Virus record (IMG/VR): IMGVR_UViG_3300030099_007414
Coordinates: 42,532 to 106,531 of that record
DNA from: a virus
Length of the DNA stretch: 64,000 nucleotides
Reading direction: 5' to 3' (one strand)
Shown here: piece by piece, positions 17,234 to 25,142 of the stretch
Numbering within the stretch: the first letter of the stretch is position 1
How the letters are laid out: each line of letters opens with the position of its first letter
Made by a program: the position numbers and the translations under genes
The notes under the pieces: generated by a model
What the model saw: the letters and a program-made list of their open reading frames with translations, nothing else
Told to the model about the DNA's origin: nothing
Database searches by the model: none

Positions 17234-20200
17234 TTAAATATTGACGGATGCATATCCGTCCTTCTTATCAATTGTAATTTGCATATCTACACAGTCTTTA
17301 AGCGTGTCGAGATGCGAGATTAGCAACACTGTTTTGAAATATGATCTAATGATAGAAAGGATATCTACGAATCCTTGCATGTTTTCTTCATCAAGAGCGG
17401 TACCGGGTTCGTCGAGGACAAAGATATCTCCCTTGGGTAAGCTGGATACACTCAAAAGGGCTAACCTAATAGCCATCGCCGAAATAGTCTTTTCCGCGCC
17501 AGAACCCATCTCTAATGGTCGGGCGTCGTATTGAGGGTGCTTGATAAAGATATCCAGTCGCTTGCCATCATCTTCGAAAAACAGCTCGAAGTCTACGATA
17601 TTTGACAGAATTTTGCCAATCTCTTCGTTAATGACGGGAAGCTTCTTTCGAATAACATCAAAAGCAATTCCATTGGGGTGCATACATTGCTTGTATAAGT
17701 CATATGCGGAATATTGCTCCTGCAAAGTATCGAAAGATTCTTTTTGATTTTCTATAAACTTCACCTTTTCCTCGGCGGAACCTACAGATTTGTAAAGATT
17801 CAAAACCTCATTATTGCACTGTTCGCCCTTTATTTCATAGTTCTTCTTATCGTACTCCAAAGAGGCCAACTTAGCATTAAGGCTTTCCAGATTCTCGATG
17901 GCATCCTTATTGGTTTCATACTCTGAAACTTTGTGTTCTAGCCTTTCGATTTCTACTAAAAGAGTAGAGATGCATGCTTCGTTTTTATCAATTTTTAGAT
18001 CCAAATTTGTTATAGTGTTTGAAAGCCCATCTCGTTCGGCCAGAATCTTTTCGTAAGCTTGAATCTTTGTTTCCACAAGTTTGGGATCAAGAGATGCAAC
18101 CTGCTCGTCGATCAGGTCAATACTGGATTGGATGTTATTTATCCGCTTGTCGTTCTCCGAAATATTTTCTTCAGCAACAAGTGCGTCTTTTACAAAAGGA
18201 TTTTCACAGCAATAGTGACAGTCCGGATCATACTCGTGATTTTCCAGCATTTGAACTTTTTTGGCATTCCGGGTTTTAGCGTTTTGCTCGGCCTTAAGCT
18301 TTTCTTTGAGACCTACAATGTCGCTTCTTAGCTTTTCTATATTTTCTCTTTCGCCATACAAAGTATCCTTAGAGTATGTCTCAAGGAAGTCACATATGGC
18401 TCTATATTCATTCTTTTTAGAATCTCTATCCTGCTTATCTTCCTGCACTTGGTCTCTAGTGCCAACCATCTGACTCTTCTTTTTATTTAGGTCTCCACGA
18501 ACCTTGACTACATCGATGACCTCTGCAGGAATTGAGCGAATCTTTTCCTTGATAAGGGCTATTTCGGCAGCACAAGATTGTGTGCCTTCTTTGTACTCTT
18601 TGCAAAGAGCTTTTTTCTCTTTCAGCTCGGTTTCCTTAGACACCAACCCATCTTTTAGTTCTAAGATTTCTTGAGCAAAGTCTCTATCTTGAAGCTTCCT
18701 TAGTTCGATGCTGATAGGTGCCGAATCGTCGTTGGCCAACTTGTATTTGCTGTCAAAAAATTTCAAGTCAAGAAAGTTGGCTAAAATTTCTTTTCTCTTA
18801 GTAGAACCTTCTTTGATGAAAGATAAGGAATCTAGCTGACTAGCCATCGAGGAATAGAGAAAGTCGTCTAGGTTGCCAAATACTTTACGAATGTTTTTGT
18901 CAGTTTCGTTTCTGGACGTTCCATTGAGGCTTTCTTGTTCGTCTTCGATGGGACAATATACACTAAATTCAGTGTTTGTCTTGGCTTCTAGAGAAGTTTC
19001 GCCTTTTAACTTCTTGATATATTTTGATGCCGTTCTCTCTATAGTATAATCAAGATTACCGATTGAAATAGTGGCTTTACCAAAACACGATTCTTTGTTT
19101 TGATTAATTACATTAAGATTTTTTCTGTCATTTTTGGATGTGGAGTTGAACATCGTAAATAATAGAGAGTCGATAATACTAGACTTTCCAGAATAATTTT
19201 TACCAAAAATCCCAACGATACCATTTAAACTATCAAAGTTAATTGAATTAGATTCTCCATAGTTAAAGAGATTATCAAACTCTAAAGAGCGCAACTTCCA
19301 GTTTACGTTTCGAGAAATTTCCTCGTTGTCTTCTGCGATCTTATTATACTTGGAGTTGAGGGCCAAAACTTTATCCATCAATCCCTCTTCGACTTCGTAG
19401 TCTTTCAAGTACTCTTTAATTAGCTTTTCTTGCACCTCGATATCTCGCAGGTCTTGAACTTCCAGATCTTGCGCCATATCCTCTACACTTCCGCGTTCGC
19501 CCTGTGAGCGATTCAATCTAGTGATCGATACTGGCTTGAATCTTCTCTTAGCAATATCTGTGGCTCGGCGCATAACATCTAGAGGGAGATTGTTGTGAGT
19601 TACAAGTCTAAGTCGGCATCCTTCTGGAACCTGTATTCCCTTGGGCATCTTGCCCTTTGGCGTGAGGTTGATTGTAACAAAAGGAATGGGGTTTTCTAGA
19701 ACGATGTGCTTACAAGTATAATTTTCTTTATCCTTAATGTCCCAGACCAAATATCCCTTGTCATTTGTCTCACCATGATTCTGCTGCACTGTAGAACCAC
19801 AGTATCGCACCCGACCTTCCTCATCAAGTATCTGGTTGGTCTTGTGGATATCTCCCAAAAATGCATAGTCGTGTCCTTCGAAAATCTCAATAGGGTGCTC
19901 TCCATGCGTCATGATATATCCAGTATCGGTCTTGACACCAGAAATAGACCCATGATAAAGGGCGATATTTACCTTTTCCGGATCTGAAGGTGTGACCCAG
20001 TTGTCTTCATCGAAAACTGACAAAACGTTGAGAGCAGCAAAATTATCTAATACTACTTCTCCGGAGTTCTTGAGTAGGTGCAATTCTGGATGCTCTAGGG
20101 CATCAGCTATGGGGGTTAGTGCGTCCTGTCGGCTGGAGTTTTTCAAATTTCCGTCATGATTACCCAAGATGACGTAGGTCGGAGCAATATCTGCCAGATT

Positions 20201-20395
20201 TCTAAAAAACTTGGTACACATTTCTACAAATTCTGGAGAAATTTGTGTCTTTGTGTGGGCGATGTCACCGCAGTGAATAATATAATCTACGTTCTCCTCT
20301 CTCAAGGTTTCGTAGAGCTTTTCAAAAACTATACCGTATTCGTAATGATATTTTAAGTTCTTAATGTGGGTATCTGCAATATGGGCAAACTTCAA
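17234..20395 (-). CDS. Mre11-Rad50 (SbcD-SbcC; T4 gp47-gp46) fusion nuclease/ATPase
   Basis: N-terminal metallophosphoesterase motifs (HIADTH, CGD, GNHD, YHG, GDIH); Walker A GKNYSGKSS; coiled coil with CHYC zinc hook; signature GSGAEK; Walker B FVLDEPG; H-loop ISH. Confidence 0.93.
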   Translation of the reverse strand: MKFAHIADTHIKNLKYHYEYGIVFEKLYETLREENVDYIIHCGDIAHTKTQISPEFVEMCTKFFRNLADIAPTYVILGNHDGNLKNSSRQDALTPIADALEHPELHLLKNSGEVVLDNFAALNVLSVFDEDNWVTPSDPEKVNIALYHGSISGVKTDTGYIMTHGEHPIEIFEGHDYAFLGDIHKTNQILDEEGRVRYCGSTVQQNHGETNDKGYLVWDIKDKENYTCKHIVLENPIPFVTINLTPKGKMPKGIQVPEGCRLRLVTHNNLPLDVMRRATDIAKRRFKPVSITRLNRSQGERGSVEDMAQDLEVQDLRDIEVQEKLIKEYLKDYEVEEGLMDKVLALNSKYNKIAEDNEEISRNVNWKLRSLEFDNLFNYGESNSINFDSLNGIVGIFGKNYSGKSSIIDSLLFTMFNSTSKNDRKNLNVINQNKESCFGKATISIGNLDYTIERTASKYIKKLKGETSLEAKTNTEFSVYCPIEDEQESLNGTSRNETDKNIRKVFGNLDDFLYSSMASQLDSLSFIKEGSTKRKEILANFLDLKFFDSKYKLANDDSAPISIELRKLQDRDFAQEILELKDGLVSKETELKEKKALCKEYKEGTQSCAAEIALIKEKIRSIPAEVIDVVKVRGDLNKKKSQMVGTRDQVQEDKQDRDSKKNEYRAICDFLETYSKDTLYGERENIEKLRSDIVGLKEKLKAEQNAKTRNAKKVQMLENHEYDPDCHYCCENPFVKDALVAEENISENDKRINNIQSSIDLIDEQVASLDPKLVETKIQAYEKILAERDGLSNTITNLDLKIDKNEACISTLLVEIERLEHKVSEYETNKDAIENLESLNAKLASLEYDKKNYEIKGEQCNNEVLNLYKSVGSAEEKVKFIENQKESFDTLQEQYSAYDLYKQCMHPNGIAFDVIRKKLPVINEEIGKILSNIVDFELFFEDDGKRLDIFIKHPQYDARPLEMGSGAEKTISAMAIRLALLSVSSLPKGDIFVLDEPGTALDEENMQGFVDILSIIRSYFKTVLLISHLDTLKDCVDMQITIDKKDGYASVNI

Positions 20396-20409
20396 AATAG
20401 ACTCTCCTA

Positions 20410-21345
20410 TTATATGGCAGAAATCGCGTTGATCAAGCTATCGTAGCTCTTCACAAACTTGGCTTTCTGGCTTAAAACTGAAACTTCTTTCTTTGACATC
20501 TCTCCGATGTCTCTCTCATCTGGATATTCGATCTCTCTAACTTCTATTCCGTACTTTAAAAACAATTTTTTAATATACTCTGACTTCTTCCTAGCATCCG
20601 GATCCAATGCCATTAGGACCGGTGTGTCATTTTTTACAATTTTTCTAAAAAGCTTAGAACTTTCGCGGATCGTTGATCCTAGAATTGGTACTGCATTGTG
20701 TGCCTTAATTGCGTCGAATACGCCTTCCACAATCATAACTTCTTCGTCGAAGTCTACATATAGCTCGTTAAAAACAATATTTCTAGAAATGGGGGGATTC
20801 ATATATCTCCGATAATCGTCTGCAAAAGTTCTGGCAATAAAATAATTCAAGTCGCCGTCTTTATTGAAAGAAGGTATTATAATCCTATTTTTAAAGGGGC
20901 CTTCGGTGGTATATCCAATTTTCCATTTGAGTATGTCATATTTGTTAATTCCCCTCTCTGTGAGGTATTTTTGTGCCCTAAGATGAGATTTGCTGTTGGA
21001 GGGTCGGGTAAGACTTTTAAATCCCTGGGGAACTTCAAGTATTTGTTCTCTCTGCTCAACTACCACTTCGACTTCAAACAGTCTATCAAATTCTCCTAAA
21101 TCTTGCTTAAAACCAGTAAGCTCTTTCCATTTCTCTTGTTGGGAAAAATTACCGAAGCGACGGACAACGCGAAATAAGTTATTACCTCGTGCATCACAGA
21201 TCCAGCATTTATAAACATTTTTCTCAACATTCACAGAAAATTTATTTTTATGATGATTGCAGTATGGACATGCAAACAGATGCTCCTCATTTGATTTAAA
21301 GCTTCTGCCAAGGATGTTGTGAAGTATAGAAAGTTTCTCATTCAT
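20410..21345 (-). CDS. DNA primase (zinc finger + TOPRIM)
   Basis: CPYC...CWIC zinc finger, RIIIP, VEGVFDAI, ALDPDA, DIGE. Confidence 0.9.
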   Translation of the reverse strand: MNEKLSILHNILGRSFKSNEEHLFACPYCNHHKNKFSVNVEKNVYKCWICDARGNNLFRVVRRFGNFSQQEKWKELTGFKQDLGEFDRLFEVEVVVEQREQILEVPQGFKSLTRPSNSKSHLRAQKYLTERGINKYDILKWKIGYTTEGPFKNRIIIPSFNKDGDLNYFIARTFADDYRRYMNPPISRNIVFNELYVDFDEEVMIVEGVFDAIKAHNAVPILGSTIRESSKLFRKIVKNDTPVLMALDPDARKKSEYIKKLFLKYGIEVREIEYPDERDIGEMSKKEVSVLSQKAKFVKSYDSLINAISAI

Positions 21346-21351
21346 ACTATT

Positions 21352-21380
21352 AGTATAACACGTTAGATTCTATGTGTCAA
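21352..21380 (-). promoter_or_regulatory. Sigma70-type promoter for primase (likely leaderless transcript)
   Basis: TTGACA (21380-21375), 17-bp spacer ending in TGn, TATACT (21357-21352); only 6 nt separate the -10 from the ATG. Confidence 0.75.
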
Positions 21381-21882
21381 GGATTATTTTTGATCCTGCT
21401 TTTGCGACCACTACAGCGTCTGCAATATCATAGCAATATTTTTGTACATTGCCGTATCTGGTATAGTCTATTGGAAATTCGCCACTTTCCACAAAATGCT
21501 CCATTACCACGTCTTTGGCCTTCTTGCCTCTCGGAACTTTGATTCCACATTTTGACCTAGCGGAGATAGGAGTGACATATTGAGGCTCAAGCTCCAGTAA
21601 TTTGAAACAAAGCCAAGAAACAACGCCGTTGAAATTCTGAAGAGTGGACATTGTTTTTGCTGTAGATCCCCCTCTTCTGAAAAACATTAAGGCTTGTTCG
21701 ATAAAGATATGTTCTATGTTTTCTTCTTGTAGATTGTGAAGTACATAGTCTTCCACTACCTTGGCCTTATGCAGTAGCCCTGTGGTTTTTCTTAAATCGA
21801 TATAATCGGTTTTGACAATTTTGTCATCTTTCAGCAAACAAACACCGATGATGCTTGTGCTGACATCTAATCCTAATATCAT
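21370..21882 (-). CDS. RuvC-like Holliday junction resolvase
   Basis: MILGLDVSTS, IFIEQ, DIADAVVVA acidic catalytic motifs. Confidence 0.85.
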   Translation of the reverse strand: MILGLDVSTSIIGVCLLKDDKIVKTDYIDLRKTTGLLHKAKVVEDYVLHNLQEENIEHIFIEQALMFFRRGGSTAKTMSTLQNFNGVVSWLCFKLLELEPQYVTPISARSKCGIKVPRGKKAKDVVMEHFVESGEFPIDYTRYGNVQKYCYDIADAVVVAKAGSKIILDT

Positions 21883-23048
21883 TAAATATCCAGTTTTAAT
21901 TTAAAAGTTAAGTCTCTGTTCTGTGTTTTCTTAATAGGAGTGGCCATCGTTGCTATACCAATTAAGTTCTTATCTTCGTCGTAAATTCCAATTTTAGAAA
22001 TATATGTAGTTTTTTGAAATTCGGCAGGTGGGTCCACATAAGATGAACTGACAATATTTTTTATTGCCAAATTTGTAGGCTCTGAGTAAACATAGGAACC
22101 GGTAGAGGGTGTCGTGTTTTGGCCGAACTTGATGTACGTTGGGTTGTTGGAGTGATTCATTTCGCCTTTATCGGCGTGAGCAAACATGGTCAAAGTAGGG
22201 ATCTTATTGACCCCCTTCATTTCCATAGCGTAACTTGAAGATGGTATTATACCTGATGGGCTCCCATCGTTCGCCCCTACTCCGAAGAATAACCATGAGG
22301 GCTCTCTAAGGTTACCGGGGTCATTCAAATAGTTCCTAGCGATGCTGTCAAGCTCCCATGAGCCGGTTAAAACCAAAAAACCCTCGTCATATAGTGCGAC
22401 ACCTGCACATGAACCGGAACCTGTGCTCCCTTCTGGTCCAGTTTGAATCATTTCCCCATTTCCGCTTTCGTCTTTGAGCGTTCCGATGAGCGTACCCGAT
22501 ATATAAAAATTAAGCTCCAATGAAGTGGGCTTGATAGAACTACCAAAGAGAATCGAAGGTATAGAAATTAGATTTAATCGTTGTGTAGACTTATCTCCTA
22601 GAGATGAACTATAAGCGAATTGTGGACTTCTGATGATATAATTATTCAGAGTATTCTTTAGGGCGTTAACTTCGGGGCGCGTTTGGCCTAGTTGGTAATA
22701 ATTCCTCTTAATGCTCGAAGAAAGAGGGTAGGAGCCGGATATGGTATCACCGTATAAAAAGTCAGTGCTAAAGGACGTAGTGGATATAGTCTTGGTTCCC
22801 AGCCGACTACCATCTTTAGTGATAAAAGGGTAGATTAATCCAGTATCTGTAGAATTTCTATCTACATTCAATTCATAAAGAGAAACAAATCCGGTTGGAA
22901 CGTTTGGGACAGAGCTAGTAAAAGCACCTACAATGTGTGTCTGCTTGTTTCTATATACTTTTGCGTCATATATCTCGAACAATTGTTCCGGATTTGTTTC
23001 CAGAACATTATACAAAATATCTTTACTTTCAAATTTTTTAAAAGTCAT
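21882..23048 (-). CDS. Baseplate/tail fibre-anchor structural protein (paralog A1)
   Basis: C-terminal SNNPTY...YISKIGIYDEDKNLIGIA..TPIKK..DLTFKLKLD, resembling the C-terminal half of the tail-collar-fibre (DUF3751-like) domain. Confidence 0.65.
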   Translation of the reverse strand: MTFKKFESKDILYNVLETNPEQLFEIYDAKVYRNKQTHIVGAFTSSVPNVPTGFVSLYELNVDRNSTDTGLIYPFITKDGSRLGTKTISTTSFSTDFLYGDTISGSYPLSSSIKRNYYQLGQTRPEVNALKNTLNNYIIRSPQFAYSSSLGDKSTQRLNLISIPSILFGSSIKPTSLELNFYISGTLIGTLKDESGNGEMIQTGPEGSTGSGSCAGVALYDEGFLVLTGSWELDSIARNYLNDPGNLREPSWLFFGVGANDGSPSGIIPSSSYAMEMKGVNKIPTLTMFAHADKGEMNHSNNPTYIKFGQNTTPSTGSYVYSEPTNLAIKNIVSSSYVDPPAEFQKTTYISKIGIYDEDKNLIGIATMATPIKKTQNRDLTFKLKLDI

Positions 23049-23056
23049 AACACCTA

Positions 23057-23064
23057 TAAGTAGT
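23057..23064 (-). promoter_or_regulatory. Putative late promoter motif ACTACTTA
   Basis: Intergenic ACTANTTA copy just upstream of the 23048 start. Confidence 0.45.
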
Positions 23065-23086
23065 ATGCGCTGCGTTTTTAATTATA

Positions 23087-24127
23087 TTAGTAATCTAATC
23101 TAACGCGCAAAGTTAATTCGTTTGACGGATCTTTCTTAAGAGGCTCTGATACTTTTGCGACAGCCAACAACTCGTTATCTTCAGAATAAAGTCCGATGGT
23201 TGTAATATAGGCCGAGGGAGAATCTGTAGAGTTGTTTTTAACCCTAATCTTGCTTCCTGATAAGTAGGTGGGATTAGAGCTATAATTGAATTCGTTAGAA
23301 CCCGCTCTACAGAAATAAATCGTGGAGTTTAATTCGGTGGTATTATTATAATCACAGTCTTGCCACCTATTTCTAATACCGTCGCAAGATGATGAAATTT
23401 CAGAACCAGTAAGGACCGCCTCAATAGAGGAGGTATCGTATGTAGCTGCAGGAGATCCAAATTCTCCATCAAACACAGATGCTGTCAGAACAGCAATACC
23501 TGCTTGGTAATAAAGCAAGCCCACTCCGGTGCCCGCAACTGCAGCTGAACCGGTGTATAGGACGGCGTATTCTCCGGCGGGAGAATTTGTCAAATATGTA
23601 GAAGCTGCGCCGTGATCTTGAATAGTCAACGCATCAGTAGGTGCCGAGGGGGTTCCACCAGTCAGGGCAGTAAAAATGAAAGATCCTTTTTTGATTTCGT
23701 CCTTCGTAAGCAATCTTGAAAAGTTGATAAACAAACATTCTTGCAGCTTATCTCCTCCGCCACTGCCAGCAGCAAAGTTGCCATCTCGGTCGAACTCGCG
23801 GATTCCGCCAGTTTCATTGTATCCCACCAAGACCTGAGCCATCTGATTATAGATATTGATCTTTTTGGTGTTTTGGGCGCTGGTAGCTGTGTTCAGTGCT
23901 GATCCAGAAGAATAGCCCACTGTTAGGTCGAAAATATGGTTTGCCGAAGAACTTAGATAGGGATAATCATAAACTGATTGAAACATACCATGTGCATAGT
24001 TCTTGATATTTTCATCTGCATAAGTTCCCGAAACAATAGTGCCCGTGAGGGGGATTGCTTCGTGAAGCAGTGTTCGCGTGTTCGCAACGTCTTTGTCTAA
24101 TATTAAAGTTTTAAATGTTGTGGCCAT
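23087..24127 (-). CDS. Baseplate/tail fibre-anchor structural protein (paralog A2)
   Basis: C-terminal YSSNPTY...YITTIGLYSEDNELLAVAKVSEPLKK..ELTLRVRLDY, paralogous to 21882..23048. Confidence 0.65.
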   Translation of the reverse strand: MATTFKTLILDKDVANTRTLLHEAIPLTGTIVSGTYADENIKNYAHGMFQSVYDYPYLSSSANHIFDLTVGYSSGSALNTATSAQNTKKINIYNQMAQVLVGYNETGGIREFDRDGNFAAGSGGGDKLQECLFINFSRLLTKDEIKKGSFIFTALTGGTPSAPTDALTIQDHGAASTYLTNSPAGEYAVLYTGSAAVAGTGVGLLYYQAGIAVLTASVFDGEFGSPAATYDTSSIEAVLTGSEISSSCDGIRNRWQDCDYNNTTELNSTIYFCRAGSNEFNYSSNPTYLSGSKIRVKNNSTDSPSAYITTIGLYSEDNELLAVAKVSEPLKKDPSNELTLRVRLDY

Positions 24128-24139
24128 GTTTTATTAATC

Positions 24140-25060
24140 CTATAGGGTTGACTTATATTTCAATAATCTAACGGGGATGTCTATACTATTACCCGTGGTG
24201 ATACCAGTAACTCTGACAGTCGTGTCGATATAATAGTATATTTTGGTTCCATCGCTAATTTCAGAACCGAGGGTGGTAAACAAGTAAGTACTTGATTGTA
24301 GATCCAAAGAGGACTGGAGGCTGAATTTCAACCTGCTTCCTCTTGGACCCTCAATGGGACTCTCTGACGGGCTGGTTTTATCAGTAATGTCCGTGACAAA
24401 TGAGGTGCTAGATACTGAATACAGGGCGATAGAATCATCATCCACAAAAGAAGGAGTAGATACAGTGCCGCTCTCGTCTGCCAAAGAAACAAGCCTATTG
24501 TCCATCTGCAGTTGGTATTGACCCTCATAGAGATCTGAAGGAATAGTGGTGGCTGGGGAGATGGCCTCTGTGTTCAAGCCCTGATCCAGCACGATTGGGT
24601 TAGATGAACCGGGTGATGAACCGTTGAGGGTTGAGGGGGTTCCATCATACGACGCTAATTCGGTAGAGGTTGATTCATCTACAGAAACTGGAATAATATT
24701 TCCACCCAGTAAGGTACCGGGAGCAGTGAGCGGAATACCTCCGTCTGTGCCGGACTTATTATTGATGAGCATCGTAGGCAAATATAAAATGTTTGTTCTG
24801 GTGATTGTAATAAGCTTTGATCTCATGCTCGAAGTATTGTTCGTGAATGCTTCGAGTACGGGAGTTTGCAAAATTTCCAAATCATAAAAAGCAGATCCTC
24901 TAAGGTCTGTTCCATTATAGTTTTCATAATCGATTTCGTCGTCACCTAGAGCAAATTTGACAATCTTAAAGCTGCCGTCGCCCCTAGCTAATCTTTCTCT
25001 TCCTGCGTCTGTTAATACAGCGTCTAAGATAATATCTCCGCTGTTATCTAAAAATGACAT
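24140..25060 (-). CDS. Baseplate structural protein (paralog B1)
   Basis: N-terminal IILDAVLTDAGRERLARG..FKIVKFALGDDEIDY, resembling the N-terminal half of the tail-collar-fibre domain. Confidence 0.65.
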   Translation of the reverse strand: MSFLDNSGDIILDAVLTDAGRERLARGDGSFKIVKFALGDDEIDYENYNGTDLRGSAFYDLEILQTPVLEAFTNNTSSMRSKLITITRTNILYLPTMLINNKSGTDGGIPLTAPGTLLGGNIIPVSVDESTSTELASYDGTPSTLNGSSPGSSNPIVLDQGLNTEAISPATTIPSDLYEGQYQLQMDNRLVSLADESGTVSTPSFVDDDSIALYSVSSTSFVTDITDKTSPSESPIEGPRGSRLKFSLQSSLDLQSSTYLFTTLGSEISDGTKIYYYIDTTVRVTGITTGNSIDIPVRLLKYKSTL

Positions 25061-25098
25061 TTTAAGCCCTCTTAATGGTTAAATATTTTTTTACATAA

Positions 25099-25106
25099 TA
25101 AATAGT
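25099..25106 (-). promoter_or_regulatory. Putative late promoter motif ACTATTTA
   Basis: Intergenic ACTANTTA copy ~39 nt upstream of the 25060 start; adjacent inverted repeat TTTGAAAA-N7-TTTTCAAA at 25106-25128. Confidence 0.55.
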
Positions 25107-25142
25107 TTGAAAATATGTATTTTTCAAAAACATTTTAGTTTA

